A stretch of DNA of 57,178 nucleotides from Methanocella sp. (GTDB lineage Archaea > Thermoproteota > Bathyarchaeia > Bathyarchaeales > Bathycorpusculaceae). Position numbers and translations under genes: made by a program. This document shows, piece by piece, positions 30,360 through 39,345 of this stretch (positions are counted from its first letter, which is position 1; every line of letters begins with the position of its first letter). The stretch lies in contig JBLNCY010000051.1 in NCBI GenBank assembly GCA_050261115.1, positions 1 to 57,178 on the forward strand, given 5' to 3'. The notes under the pieces are model-generated. The model was not told where the DNA came from. It did not search any database and worked only from the letters and a program-made list of their open reading frames with translations.

Positions 30360-30880
30360 TTGGCGTCTTCCGCAGGAGGCTCTTTTCTGATGGGTTACGC
30401 CAAGTGCTATGACTGCCTAGATTGGTGTGGCACCTGTGTTAGCGCCAGAAGAGAGAAGCGTCTTAGGCATGCGAGTCCAAGCAAGCACACTGGTGCCGAA
30501 CGGAACCGCCTACGCCATAGACACCCGAGTGGCATCAGCTATGCTTCTTAGGCGAGACATTACCGTTGAGGACTGGGAAGAAGCTAAAACAGGTAAATTC
30601 GGCGTTAGAGCCACCACACGGTTCGGTGCAGGCAACCTTCGTTCTTCAGCCGTTGCCAAAATGACCAACATCAAAACCACCCTAGCCTAAAGGGCTGACC
30701 AACAAAACCATCAATCCCCCATTTTTTGAAGTACTGAAATTTCGGGTTGAAATTGTCATGAGCAAGGTGTTGGATAAAATCCGTGAAGTCCTCTCTTATG
30801 CGCCGCAGAACGAGGAAATAATGCTAATCGAGCATGACCGCACGATTCCTAAGCAGACGCCACTTATGCCTTGTTTATAG
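30360..30880 (+). mobile_element. Decayed provirus remnant downstream of tRNA-Gln
   Basis: Cys-rich ORF fragment, capsid C-terminal fragment and a short following ORF within 700 bp of a tRNA 3' end; no integrase seen. Confidence 0.6.
30427..30690 (+). pseudogene. C-terminal fragment of HK97-fold major capsid protein
   Basis: SVLGMRVQASTLVPNGTAYAID...LLRRDITVE...GVRATTRFGAG.LRSSAVAK resembles the C-terminal strands of HK97-like capsids; only 87 aa. Confidence 0.75.
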
Positions 30881-31134
30881 AATTGGGCACCAAATACATG
30901 CAAGCCCAACCGTACCTTTACCCCGCTATCCAAGAATACCTGCCCCAACTTGATCTCAAAGCCTATCCCCAAAAATTGAACCAAAAAGTTCAAAGTTACC
31001 ATATTCACAAAAACTGCCCCCATCGAACGCAAACCGTAAGCGACTAGAGGAACTGAAGTTTTATCCGCGGACGTGCAACCGCTGGTTTATTATTATAGTT
31101 AGATCTTTTATGGTATTTGCGGCGGGTAGTGTAG

Positions 31135-32556
31135 TTGGGTGCGGTCATCTGCAAAAAGTATAGTTTTGAGGAAATCTCCACTCAGATGCGATGCTTGATT
31201 GAACCGCGTTCAGTAGCTATCGTTGGGGCAACCGACAAGACAGACAAAGTCGGCGGTGCAGTAACGCGGAATGCGCTAGGCGGCAAATACACTGGGCGGA
31301 TTTATTTGGTGAATCCAAGTGCCACCGAAATATTTGGGCAGAAAGTTTACCCAAACCTTGAGTCCATACCAGAGGACATCGACTTGGTGGAAATAGTCAT
31401 TCCTGCGCCCCTAGCGCCAGACATTCTAAAGCAGGCAGCTAAGAAGGGAGCAAAGGGAGCAGTCATAATCTCCTCGGGTTTTGCCGAGATCGGGAGCCGA
31501 GACCTTCAGGACCAAATTGTGGCAGTTGCCAAGCAACATGGTATTAGGATTATTGGCCCCAACTGCTTTGGTCTGATAAACACAGCCATCGGGCTAGACC
31601 TATCCTTTACATCCAGCAAAGCCCTCAAAGGATCCGTAGCGTTTGTTTCACAGAGCGGCGCAATGTGCTGCGGAACCCTTGATTGGGCCCTAAAAGAAGA
31701 AGTGGGCTTCTCAAAATTCATAAACCTCGGCAACAAATGCGACGTAGACGAGGCCGACTGCCTATCATATCTCCAAGATGATGAGCAAACAAAGGTGATT
31801 GCCATCTATGTCGAGGGCATAAAGGCTGGGAGAAAGCTCTTTGAGGCCATCAAGTCCGTCTCCAAACATAAGCCCATTCTTATTCTAAAGTCAGGCGTAA
31901 CCGAGTCAGGCGCAAAAGCCGCACTTTCCCACACCGGCTCCGTAGCAGGAAACATCGGCATAGTTAGGGCAGCGCTAACACAGGCGGGCGCAATCATGGT
32001 CGAAGACATAGAGGAACTATACGACGCCATGCAGGTTTTTAGCCAACCCTTGCCGAAGGGGAAAAACGTCGCTATAATCTCAAACGCCGGCGGACTCGGA
32101 GTAGTGACCGCAGACTGGTGCAGCAGACAGGGACTAACGCTTCCTGAATTCCCAGCGAGAACCGAAGAGGCGCTCAAGGCAATTCTTCCTTCAATCGCTT
32201 CCACACATAATCCAGTAGACATGACAGGAAACGCAAACTATCAGCGCTATAAGGAGTCTATCGATATAGTCTCTGCTTCTGAAAACATTGACATGATAAT
32301 AACCCTCTTCGTCTCACAGGGTTTAGTTACCTCAGATGAGCCTGCAAGAGCCATAGTTGATGCAAGCAAAACCTGTGGTAAGCCGCTGATAGCTTTCTTT
32401 TTGGGCGGAAGTAGCATCATGAGTGGCACACAAATACTCAAAAGAAACGGAATCCCCATCTATTCCTCGCCAAAGAGGGCGGCAAAAGCAGCCGCTGTAC
32501 TAGCCCGCTATAAGGCGCTATCAAACGAGAATCCTCCGCAAGATAAGCAACAATAG
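31135..32556 (+). CDS. acdA: ADP-forming acetate/acyl-CoA synthetase, alpha subunit
   Basis: PRSVAIVGA, IIGPNCFG, VSQSGA, LGNKCDV, phospho-His SHTGS, SNAGG.GV, NPVDMTG. Confidence 0.92.
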   Translation: MGAVICKKYSFEEISTQMRCLIEPRSVAIVGATDKTDKVGGAVTRNALGGKYTGRIYLVNPSATEIFGQKVYPNLESIPEDIDLVEIVIPAPLAPDILKQAAKKGAKGAVIISSGFAEIGSRDLQDQIVAVAKQHGIRIIGPNCFGLINTAIGLDLSFTSSKALKGSVAFVSQSGAMCCGTLDWALKEEVGFSKFINLGNKCDVDEADCLSYLQDDEQTKVIAIYVEGIKAGRKLFEAIKSVSKHKPILILKSGVTESGAKAALSHTGSVAGNIGIVRAALTQAGAIMVEDIEELYDAMQVFSQPLPKGKNVAIISNAGGLGVVTADWCSRQGLTLPEFPARTEEALKAILPSIASTHNPVDMTGNANYQRYKESIDIVSASENIDMIITLFVSQGLVTSDEPARAIVDASKTCGKPLIAFFLGGSSIMSGTQILKRNGIPIYSSPKRAAKAAAVLARYKALSNENPPQDKQQ

Positions 32557-32571
32557 CTCCATGTTCACCCA

Positions 32572-33699
32572 TTAAATTCCACCGCCATGCGTATGAATCC
32601 TAAGTTGAACCGCTTCGATTACATCGCTCCTCGTTATGATTCCAATCACAGATTCACCTTCAACTACTGGTAATCGCCCGATGTTATGATTTGAGAGTTT
32701 CATAAAGGCATCAGAGACTAACTCTTCCGGCTCAACAGTAACCAGTTTAGACCGCGGCGTCATCACATCCTCGACTTTGCGAGTCGCCTTCTCTTGCTCT
32801 GGTACCTTTTTTAGGTCCGTTCGAGTTATTATCCCAACAATCTTGCCCTCTGCAACAACAGGGAAACCGCCATGCTTATCCACATCGAAAAATTCTTTCT
32901 CTGCCTCTAGAATCGTTTTTCCCGGTGGTATTGTGCTTACGGTTTTTGTCATTATCTGCTCTACCTGTAAATTGCCTATTGCTTCCATGATTATCGTGTG
33001 TCTAAGACTTTCATCGGCTCCACTTTTTAGGAACCAACCGATAAGGATTAGCCAGAGGCCGCTTATGAGGTTGACAAACAGTATAAAGAAAGCGCCAAAA
33101 CCTATTATGGCGTAGGCGATTATTCTGCTGATTATGGTTGCAGATCTGGTTGCTGGAACAATATCCTTCTTATAGAACCACAGTCCCGCTCTGAGCAGTC
33201 GACCGCCATCTAGTGGAAAAGCAGGCAGCAAGTTAAAGCCGCCCAACAGCACATTTATGAGCGCTATGTAATATAAGGGCGCTTCAACTGCCGAGCCGAG
33301 ACCCAAATAGGCAGTCAACAGCCAAGCTCCAGCGGATAGTCCACCAATCACAAAACTAGTTAACGGGCCCACCACAGACATTAGAGCCTCAGTTTTTGGG
33401 TTAGTGGGTTCGGTTTCTATCTGTGAGACGCCACCAAATAAGTAGAGCGTTATGTCTGAGACAGATAACCCTTTTTTGAGTGCCACATAAGTATGAGCGA
33501 GCTCATGCACCAGCACTGATATGAACAACAGCAAGGCAGAGATCGCACCTAAAATCCAGTATAATTCCACCGATAAGCCGGGAAACTGGAAAGGCAAAAA
33601 TGACGCCGCTAGCGTCCATGTTATTAGGCCAAATATCAAAAACCAGCTATAATGGATTCTTATTTCTACACCGAAGATTTTGCCTATATTAAAAGACAT
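32572..33699 (-). CDS. Site-2 protease (M50) with CBS pair
   Basis: IRIHYSW, HELAH, FGGVS, GPL, FNLLPAFPLDGGR, two CBS domains. Confidence 0.95.
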   Translation of the reverse strand: MSFNIGKIFGVEIRIHYSWFLIFGLITWTLAASFLPFQFPGLSVELYWILGAISALLLFISVLVHELAHTYVALKKGLSVSDITLYLFGGVSQIETEPTNPKTEALMSVVGPLTSFVIGGLSAGAWLLTAYLGLGSAVEAPLYYIALINVLLGGFNLLPAFPLDGGRLLRAGLWFYKKDIVPATRSATIISRIIAYAIIGFGAFFILFVNLISGLWLILIGWFLKSGADESLRHTIIMEAIGNLQVEQIMTKTVSTIPPGKTILEAEKEFFDVDKHGGFPVVAEGKIVGIITRTDLKKVPEQEKATRKVEDVMTPRSKLVTVEPEELVSDAFMKLSNHNIGRLPVVEGESVIGIITRSDVIEAVQLRIHTHGGGI

Positions 33700-33910
33700 G
33701 AAAAATCAAACACACCCTATTTATAAGTAAAAATACAGAGATAAAGGTACTTACGGAATTGAGGCGTCATTGTATATCTACTGGTAGCGCGAGTTTGCTT
33801 AGGTAGCTAATCCCTTCTAATGACTCAACGTTACCCGCGGTCCATAGGGACATAACGGTTTTCGAAACAATGTTTTTTAGATAGGTACCGTACAGAGACC
33901 CTCGCCACAG

Positions 33911-34171
33911 GTGAGTAGGTTGGATAGGGAACAAGCCGTTTCAGTAATCAAAGAGATCTTTGATGCTTGCCAATCAGTTGAAGGTAAATCCATAAAACTG
34001 CTCCCCCCAAAGGAAAACGGTTCGCTATCCCATACTTTCCAAGTATACATCGAAACCAAAGACGATCCCTTGATACTTGGTTGTGCTGAGAATATTGCTA
34101 GGAAGCATAAACTGGCAGTAAAAATCACCGATGGCTGGATAATAATATACAAGCCTTACACGGATAAATAA
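33911..34171 (+). CDS. Small hypothetical protein
   Basis: 86-aa ORF with CAGGTGA RBS-like sequence at its start and oligo-T tract after the stop. Confidence 0.6.
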   Translation: MSRLDREQAVSVIKEIFDACQSVEGKSIKLLPPKENGSLSHTFQVYIETKDDPLILGCAENIARKHKLAVKITDGWIIIYKPYTDK

Positions 34172-34326
34172 TCAAAGCTACTCAGCTTTTTTTGGGGTTT
34201 GCCTCTGTTTAGCAATTTTACGTTGTTTAGCCGCCTGATATGTGGTTTGCTGAGGTTCTGGACGCAAGCATCTATCTGCTTAAATCAACAAGTGTTAACT
34301 TAATCGACCGCGCCATAGCTTGTATA

Positions 34327-35271
34327 TTACCGTTGTAAGTCATCGACCAAAGCAGCACCTTTACGTTTCTTGCCAATAACCGAATAAACCTCCACAGCAG
34401 TCAACGCAATAACTGCATAGATGGGAATCCAATCATAAGCGTATGATTGCCCAATGATGTTTGCGCTAAGCCCCATACGCAGAAAATCCAAACCTACCCC
34501 ATTGTAGAAGAAGAATGGCAAAATCGTCGCCACACCAACCACGATAGAAGCTAAGATGAACCTCCGGATCTTTTGTCTGTTGTACCATAATAGTAGGGGC
34601 GCAGCGACAAGTGCAGCTCTAGGATCTAGTAAGCCAAAGGAGAAAAATAAAGCCGACAGTATGGGCTTCTTTGTTGCCCCAAAGTATAGTGCGCCGACTA
34701 AGAGAACGGTCTGGAGTACATGTGCGTTAACGTAGGCGTAGCCGCAGTAGTAGCTGGGGGAAAAGCACTGCTGATTAATATCAAACAAGCCGAGCACGCT
34801 AATGGGCTCAACGTAGGGTATGTTTGAGGCAGGCGTAGGTATAGGCGAGACGAGGACGATTACGGCGGTTATGGCGGCGACTGCAAAGCTTCGGTCCTTG
34901 ACAAGTTTATAGACAAAAAACGCTAAGAGCGGCATTAGGGCAAATTGAAGGAAGTTAAAGAGTACAAGTGCATCCATATAATTTAGACCCAAAAACGGAG
35001 TCATCAAGAGCAGGAAGGAAGGTGTGTACTTGAAAGGCTGTGGCGTCCCAACTATTAGGTAGTCGTTGGGTAGGCTGCCGTCATAGTAGACCTGTGTTGG
35101 GTTATTGTATAAGCGCCATGTGCCCATGTAGTAGGCTGAGAAGTCACGGGCAAGCGTTTCAAACTCCAACTCCGTTATCTCGGGGTAGGCTACAAGAAAA
35201 GAGATCGCGTTTAATGCAAGAGCCGCTATTATTACTATGAACAGATGCTTGCTTTGGATTTTCCTCAGCAT
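34327..35271 (-). CDS. GT-C fold membrane glycosyltransferase (GT87-like)
   Basis: RDFSAYY after first TM, FKYTPSFLLL, multiple TMs. Confidence 0.7.
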   Translation of the reverse strand: MLRKIQSKHLFIVIIAALALNAISFLVAYPEITELEFETLARDFSAYYMGTWRLYNNPTQVYYDGSLPNDYLIVGTPQPFKYTPSFLLLMTPFLGLNYMDALVLFNFLQFALMPLLAFFVYKLVKDRSFAVAAITAVIVLVSPIPTPASNIPYVEPISVLGLFDINQQCFSPSYYCGYAYVNAHVLQTVLLVGALYFGATKKPILSALFFSFGLLDPRAALVAAPLLLWYNRQKIRRFILASIVVGVATILPFFFYNGVGLDFLRMGLSANIIGQSYAYDWIPIYAVIALTAVEVYSVIGKKRKGAALVDDLQR

Positions 35272-35347
35272 GTATAGAAGCTCTGCTCTGGCTCCGATGA
35301 CTGACTCTGAGCCTGACCTACAATCTGCATAAAAATTGGGTTTCCCT

Positions 35348-36064
35348 TCAATTGGGGGTGGGTCTTTGTTTCTGTTTTTTGGTCTTAACTGAAATCCCTA
35401 CCGATAGCAAAACTACAACCACAAAAACCGCACCCGTTAGAATAACCACGTAATGCTGCATCAGAAAAGACAAGTTAGCCATCGAGGAGTCGCCGAAATC
35501 AAAGTGCATAACCGTAATGTTACCCTCACCAATGCTTACCCTGACAATGTTGTCGTCTAAGAGTTTCCAGCCGGAGCCTTCCGCAAGAAACGTTGCGCCA
35601 TTATCGACTACTACACTCCACTCGGCTACGCTTGTGGGTTTAGAATCGTTTAGCCCTAAATCCACAGTTTGAGACCCAAACCCCTCTGCAGTATACATCA
35701 GTACCTCTGCTGTCCAGGTATAATTGAAACCTACGGCTCCAAGGATCGTCAAGTTAGAGTCCTGGGCAGAAATCGACAGGTATTCTAAACTCTCGACGTC
35801 TCTGAGTCCAAAGGAGGCGACTGCTTGGGTGTTGTCGAGTTTTAGGCCTCTAAAGCGCCACGCGTTGTTTTCTAGTGTAGCTTCTGTGTAGGTTCCGTTA
35901 AACCCGAACTTGATGTTTCCATTTAGTTCAGGTATACTAAAGACGTCGTCTGTGGTGAAGGCTGTCTCTGTGCTTGCTTCTTGGGCGCCGATTGGAGTGG
36001 CTAATAAGAGCACAAGCAGTACGCTTGTGGTTACGGTGACTTTTTTGCGGTTCAAGTTTCTCAA
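35348..36064 (-). CDS. Secreted hypothetical protein with C-terminal TM anchor
   Basis: Signal peptide, beta-rich body, TM plus basic tail. Confidence 0.7.
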   Translation of the reverse strand: MRNLNRKKVTVTTSVLLVLLLATPIGAQEASTETAFTTDDVFSIPELNGNIKFGFNGTYTEATLENNAWRFRGLKLDNTQAVASFGLRDVESLEYLSISAQDSNLTILGAVGFNYTWTAEVLMYTAEGFGSQTVDLGLNDSKPTSVAEWSVVVDNGATFLAEGSGWKLLDDNIVRVSIGEGNITVMHFDFGDSSMANLSFLMQHYVVILTGAVFVVVVLLSVGISVKTKKQKQRPTPN

Positions 36065-36108
36065 TATTTATGAGACTGTTTTCATATTAAAACCAACACT
36101 GTTGGGCC

Positions 36109-36705
36109 ATGATTCTGCAAAGAAATTTTTATCAGCGAAACATCTTGGTGGTGGCACGTGAGTTGCTGGGCAAAGTCTTGGTTAACGAGACCGCTGAAGG
36201 CGTAACCTCGGGTAGAATCGTTGAAACAGAGGCGTATCGGGGACCTGAAGATCGCGCAGCCCATAGTTATGGTGGACGAAGGACTCCGCGAAATGACATT
36301 ATGTTTAGAGAAAAAGGGTTTGCCTACGTTTACCTGATTTATGGTATGTATTACTGTGTGAACGTTACAGCGGGAGACATGCCAGGTAAGCCTGAGGCGG
36401 TTTTGATTCGTGCGCTTGAGCCAGTGGAGGGCTGTGAGTTGATGGCTAAGCGTAGAGGTTACCCAAAGGGCAAAGCTCAAACGCTGACTAACGGCCCCGG
36501 TAGGTTATGTATGGCTCTTGGCATAACAAAGGCTCAATATGGCGCCGACTTGACTATGCCCCCTTTCTATATAGCAGACGCTGAACAGGTATCCAGCCAA
36601 GACATTGTTGAGGCGCCCCGAGTTGGCATCGACTACGCCGGCGACTGGAAGGATAAGCCTTGGCGGTTCTACATCAAAGCCAACAGCTACGTGTCTAAGG
36701 TCTGA
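36109..36705 (+). CDS. mpg: DNA-3-methyladenine glycosylase (MPG/AAG family)
   Basis: VARELLGK, GRIVETEAY, YVYLIYGMY, AVLIRALEP, NGPGRLC, RVGI, PWRFY. Confidence 0.96.
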   Translation: MILQRNFYQRNILVVARELLGKVLVNETAEGVTSGRIVETEAYRGPEDRAAHSYGGRRTPRNDIMFREKGFAYVYLIYGMYYCVNVTAGDMPGKPEAVLIRALEPVEGCELMAKRRGYPKGKAQTLTNGPGRLCMALGITKAQYGADLTMPPFYIADAEQVSSQDIVEAPRVGIDYAGDWKDKPWRFYIKANSYVSKV

Positions 36706-36767
36706 AATCCCGTAAAGGTAAGGGTCAACACTTAAACAGAAACAGGCACTATCATATGTGAAGGCCT

Positions 36768-37121
36768 ATGAGACCGCAACCCCCTAACCCTGAACATAAA
36801 CGCATGAAACGCGAAAGAAAAACCATAGCCGTCATGGTAAAAGTCTACTGCAAAGGCAACCACCACACCAACGGCGCCCTGTGCCCTGAATGTCAAGAAT
36901 TCCAAGAATACGCTTTCCAGCGACTAGCCAAATGTCCCTTCCAAGAAAAGAAAACCACCTGCGGCAAATGCACCATCCACTGCTACAAACCCGACATGAA
37001 AGCCAAAGTCAGAAAAGTCATGCGCTACTCGGGCCCCAGACTGCTTATCTATCAACCGATGTTAGCTTTGCATCACGCTTGGGATGGCCACCGTAAACCG
37101 CCAACACTAGACAAAGCTTAA
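36768..37121 (+). CDS. ygbA: YgbA-family Cys-rich protein
   Basis: REKTI..M...YC...H..LCPEC...YA..RL.KCPF.EKKTTC.KC.IHCY...VMRYSGPR. Confidence 0.9.
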   Translation: MRPQPPNPEHKRMKRERKTIAVMVKVYCKGNHHTNGALCPECQEFQEYAFQRLAKCPFQEKKTTCGKCTIHCYKPDMKAKVRKVMRYSGPRLLIYQPMLALHHAWDGHRKPPTLDKA

Positions 37122-37200
37122 TCTTTCAACAGACCCACGGTAGTCTAGTTAGTTCTTCACATTGTTTAGGTTTCTGGCTTGGTGGCTTGGTAGCGTCTGT

Positions 37201-37246
37201 TGCTTTGCTGACCTACCCCTCCCTTATATATAGAACCAACCACAGG
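37201..37246 (-). repeat. Dispersed intergenic element, copy 2
   Basis: Reverse complement cctgtggttggtTCTATATATAAGGGAGGGgtaggtcagcaaagca; core 37217-37234. Confidence 0.9.
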
Positions 37247-37363
37247 TTCAACCTGCACTTAAAAAAATTCGCAGACCTGCTACCCCACAGGCACTCCTTC
37301 TAGGCGTAAGCCCGATAAATTTCTGGCAGTGGCTAAGAGATAGCTTGTTACTTGTTTGGCTGC

Positions 37364-37378
37364 GGAAAATGTTTAAAT
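37364..37378 (+). promoter_or_regulatory. BRE/TATA promoter of the tRNA gene
   Basis: ggaaaatgTTTAAAt about 38 nt upstream of the tRNA. Confidence 0.55.
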
Positions 37379-37415
37379 CTTGTTTGGGATAGCAATATTA
37401 CGAACACCGAGATGC

Positions 37416-37492
37416 GGGCCCGTAGCTCAGTTAGGTAGAGCGCCAGACTCATAATCTGTTGGTCAGTGGTTCAAATCCGCTCGGGCCCACCA
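37416..37492 (+). tRNA. tRNA with CAU anticodon, probably tRNA-Ile2 (agmatidine type); CCA encoded
   Basis: GGGCCCG/CGGGCCC-A-CCA acceptor, CCAGA-CT CAT AA-TCTGT anticodon arm, T loop TTCAAAT. Lacks initiator A1-U72 and the three G-C pairs; GGGCCCG acceptor is Ile-like. Confidence 0.9.
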
Positions 37493-37836
37493 TCACAACC
37501 TTCTTGGCATGACCTGGGTTCTTTTCTTGAGTTTTGTGTTGTGGGATAATGGTTTTAGCGTTAAGTAGAAGTGCCGTTGAATACGGGTGCATTTTGTTTA
37601 GTTCTAGGCGCTTTCAAGATGTTGGCTAAAAGGAAGGTGCCCCCTTTGGGGGCGAAATAGACATGTACCCCATTAGGTCAAGGCTTAATTGTCGGTTGCG
37701 CGTCCACGCTTGCATATTATGTATTAATGATCAATATTTGAAATCTTGCTACCGCTCAAACCCCCAACGAAAACTAGAACAAAAAAACAACCGCCAAAAA
37801 CAAAAAACGAGCTGCCCAAAAAATAGGTGGGAGGGC

Positions 37837-39345
37837 TTACATGCCCTGCTTTAGACGCCTATACGTCGAGTAGTCAACGTATTCCACAAACGGGTTCTCT
37901 GCGAGGAACTTGTTATTGACTTTTTGGCGTTTGCGTTTGTCTAGGATTTGGCTTGTGGTTCGGATGATGTATGCGTCGCTGCCTGCACCTGAACCGTAGC
38001 TGGTTACTAAGATGCGTTCGTCTGGTTTGGCGATGTCAAGGATTGCTGCTAAGCCGATGAGTGAGGCGCCGCTGTATGTGTTGCCGAATTTGGTCATCTG
38101 GATGGCTGGCATGAATTGTTCTTCTTTGAAGCCCAGATCTTTGGCTATTCTGACTGGAAAGCTTGGGTTAGGCTGGTGAGGCACAAAGTAGTTGAGGTCA
38201 GAGGCTTTGAGGTTGCATTGCTCCATGAGTTTGCTGGCTGCTTTTCGGACGTGTTTGTGGTAGGCTGGGTCGCCTGTGAATCTGCCGCCGTGCATGGGGT
38301 GCGGTTCGCCGTCTCGTCGCCAAAAGTCCGGGGTGTCAGAGGTGCAGCTGTACCAGCCCTCAACCTCGGCAATGACGTCTTGTTTGCCAAATATGTATGC
38401 TGCAGCGCCGTAACCCACAAATTGGTCGAGTTCGCCACCTGGGCAGCCACGTGGGGCAGCCTGCGAGTTGTCGGTGCCGATGACCATGGCGTAGTTTATA
38501 TTTGAGCGTGGATAGCTGACGAGGGCACAGGCGTCTTTGAACATGCTGGAGCCCGCTTTGCAGGCAAATTCAGTGTCAATGGCATCTACGCTTTGTACAT
38601 CGCCTTCTTCTTTGCCAAGTTTAAGGACCTGGGCGACTTTGGCTGCGATGGGCTTGACTGCATAGGGGTTAGATTCTGAGCCAGCATACACTTTACCGAT
38701 CAATTGACTATCGAGCGCTGAGTGAATAAGTGCCTGTTTACCCGCTTCTACCGCGGCTGTTACGGAGTCCTCGTCTAGGAAGGGCACCGCGTGCTCCCAG
38801 GATTCCTCTTTATAGCGGAATCGTGATGTGTAGACGCCATACCCGACTATACCGGGAAGCTCATAGTCTTTGGTGGGCTGGATTATTTGGTATTCTTGGT
38901 GGGGGTAGTATTCGTCTGCTAAGGTAAAGGCTAAGGAGATAGTTGGGATGAGGTCGCTTTTCCCGACTGAGTAGCGTCGGCGGAATCGGGGTATGACTTC
39001 GCGGCCCTCTAGGCTGGATAGGTCTATGGCTTTGCCGTCGCAGATGAGTTGATCGGTTAGTCTTGCGGGTACTCGGATTTTGCCGTTGTGGAAGGAGACG
39101 ATGCCATGGATGTAGCTGCCTAGCTTTGAGAATTTGTTTGTCGGCTCATTGACAAAGGTAGCGAGCTCTAGGGTGCCTTTGTCGAAGAATAAGTCGATGG
39201 ACTCCATTTTGCCGTAGCTTTTGCGGCCGCATATGCTACAGTAGTCGCGGATTTCAAAGTATTCTTCGCCGCAACAGCTGCATCGACTGGCTTTGAGGCG
39301 GTCACCTAAGTATGAAACACGACGCTCTATTGGTTCACTGCTCAT
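37837..39345 (-). CDS. HMG-CoA synthase with fused N-terminal DUF35 (Zn-ribbon + OB-fold)
   Basis: N-term RCSCCG.EYF..RDYCSICG plus OB-fold ending PRFRR; then GIVGYG, DEDS, GSESNPYAVKP, EFACKAG, DTPDFWRR, PHQPN, GNTYSG, SYGSGAGSD. Confidence 0.92.
   Translation of the reverse strand: MSSEPIERRVSYLGDRLKASRCSCCGEEYFEIRDYCSICGRKSYGKMESIDLFFDKGTLELATFVNEPTNKFSKLGSYIHGIVSFHNGKIRVPARLTDQLICDGKAIDLSSLEGREVIPRFRRRYSVGKSDLIPTISLAFTLADEYYPHQEYQIIQPTKDYELPGIVGYGVYTSRFRYKEESWEHAVPFLDEDSVTAAVEAGKQALIHSALDSQLIGKVYAGSESNPYAVKPIAAKVAQVLKLGKEEGDVQSVDAIDTEFACKAGSSMFKDACALVSYPRSNINYAMVIGTDNSQAAPRGCPGGELDQFVGYGAAAYIFGKQDVIAEVEGWYSCTSDTPDFWRRDGEPHPMHGGRFTGDPAYHKHVRKAASKLMEQCNLKASDLNYFVPHQPNPSFPVRIAKDLGFKEEQFMPAIQMTKFGNTYSGASLIGLAAILDIAKPDERILVTSYGSGAGSDAYIIRTTSQILDKRKRQKVNNKFLAENPFVEYVDYSTYRRLKQGM

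Noticed and set aside
30427-30690. Capsid fragment as a functional encapsulin
   Set aside because: Far too short, no cargo gene, and tRNA-adjacent debris fits a viral relic better.
37416-37492. Initiator or elongator tRNA-Met assignment
   Set aside because: No A1-U72 or triple G-C anticodon pairs; acceptor is Ile-like. Elongator Met is not fully excluded without a covariance model.
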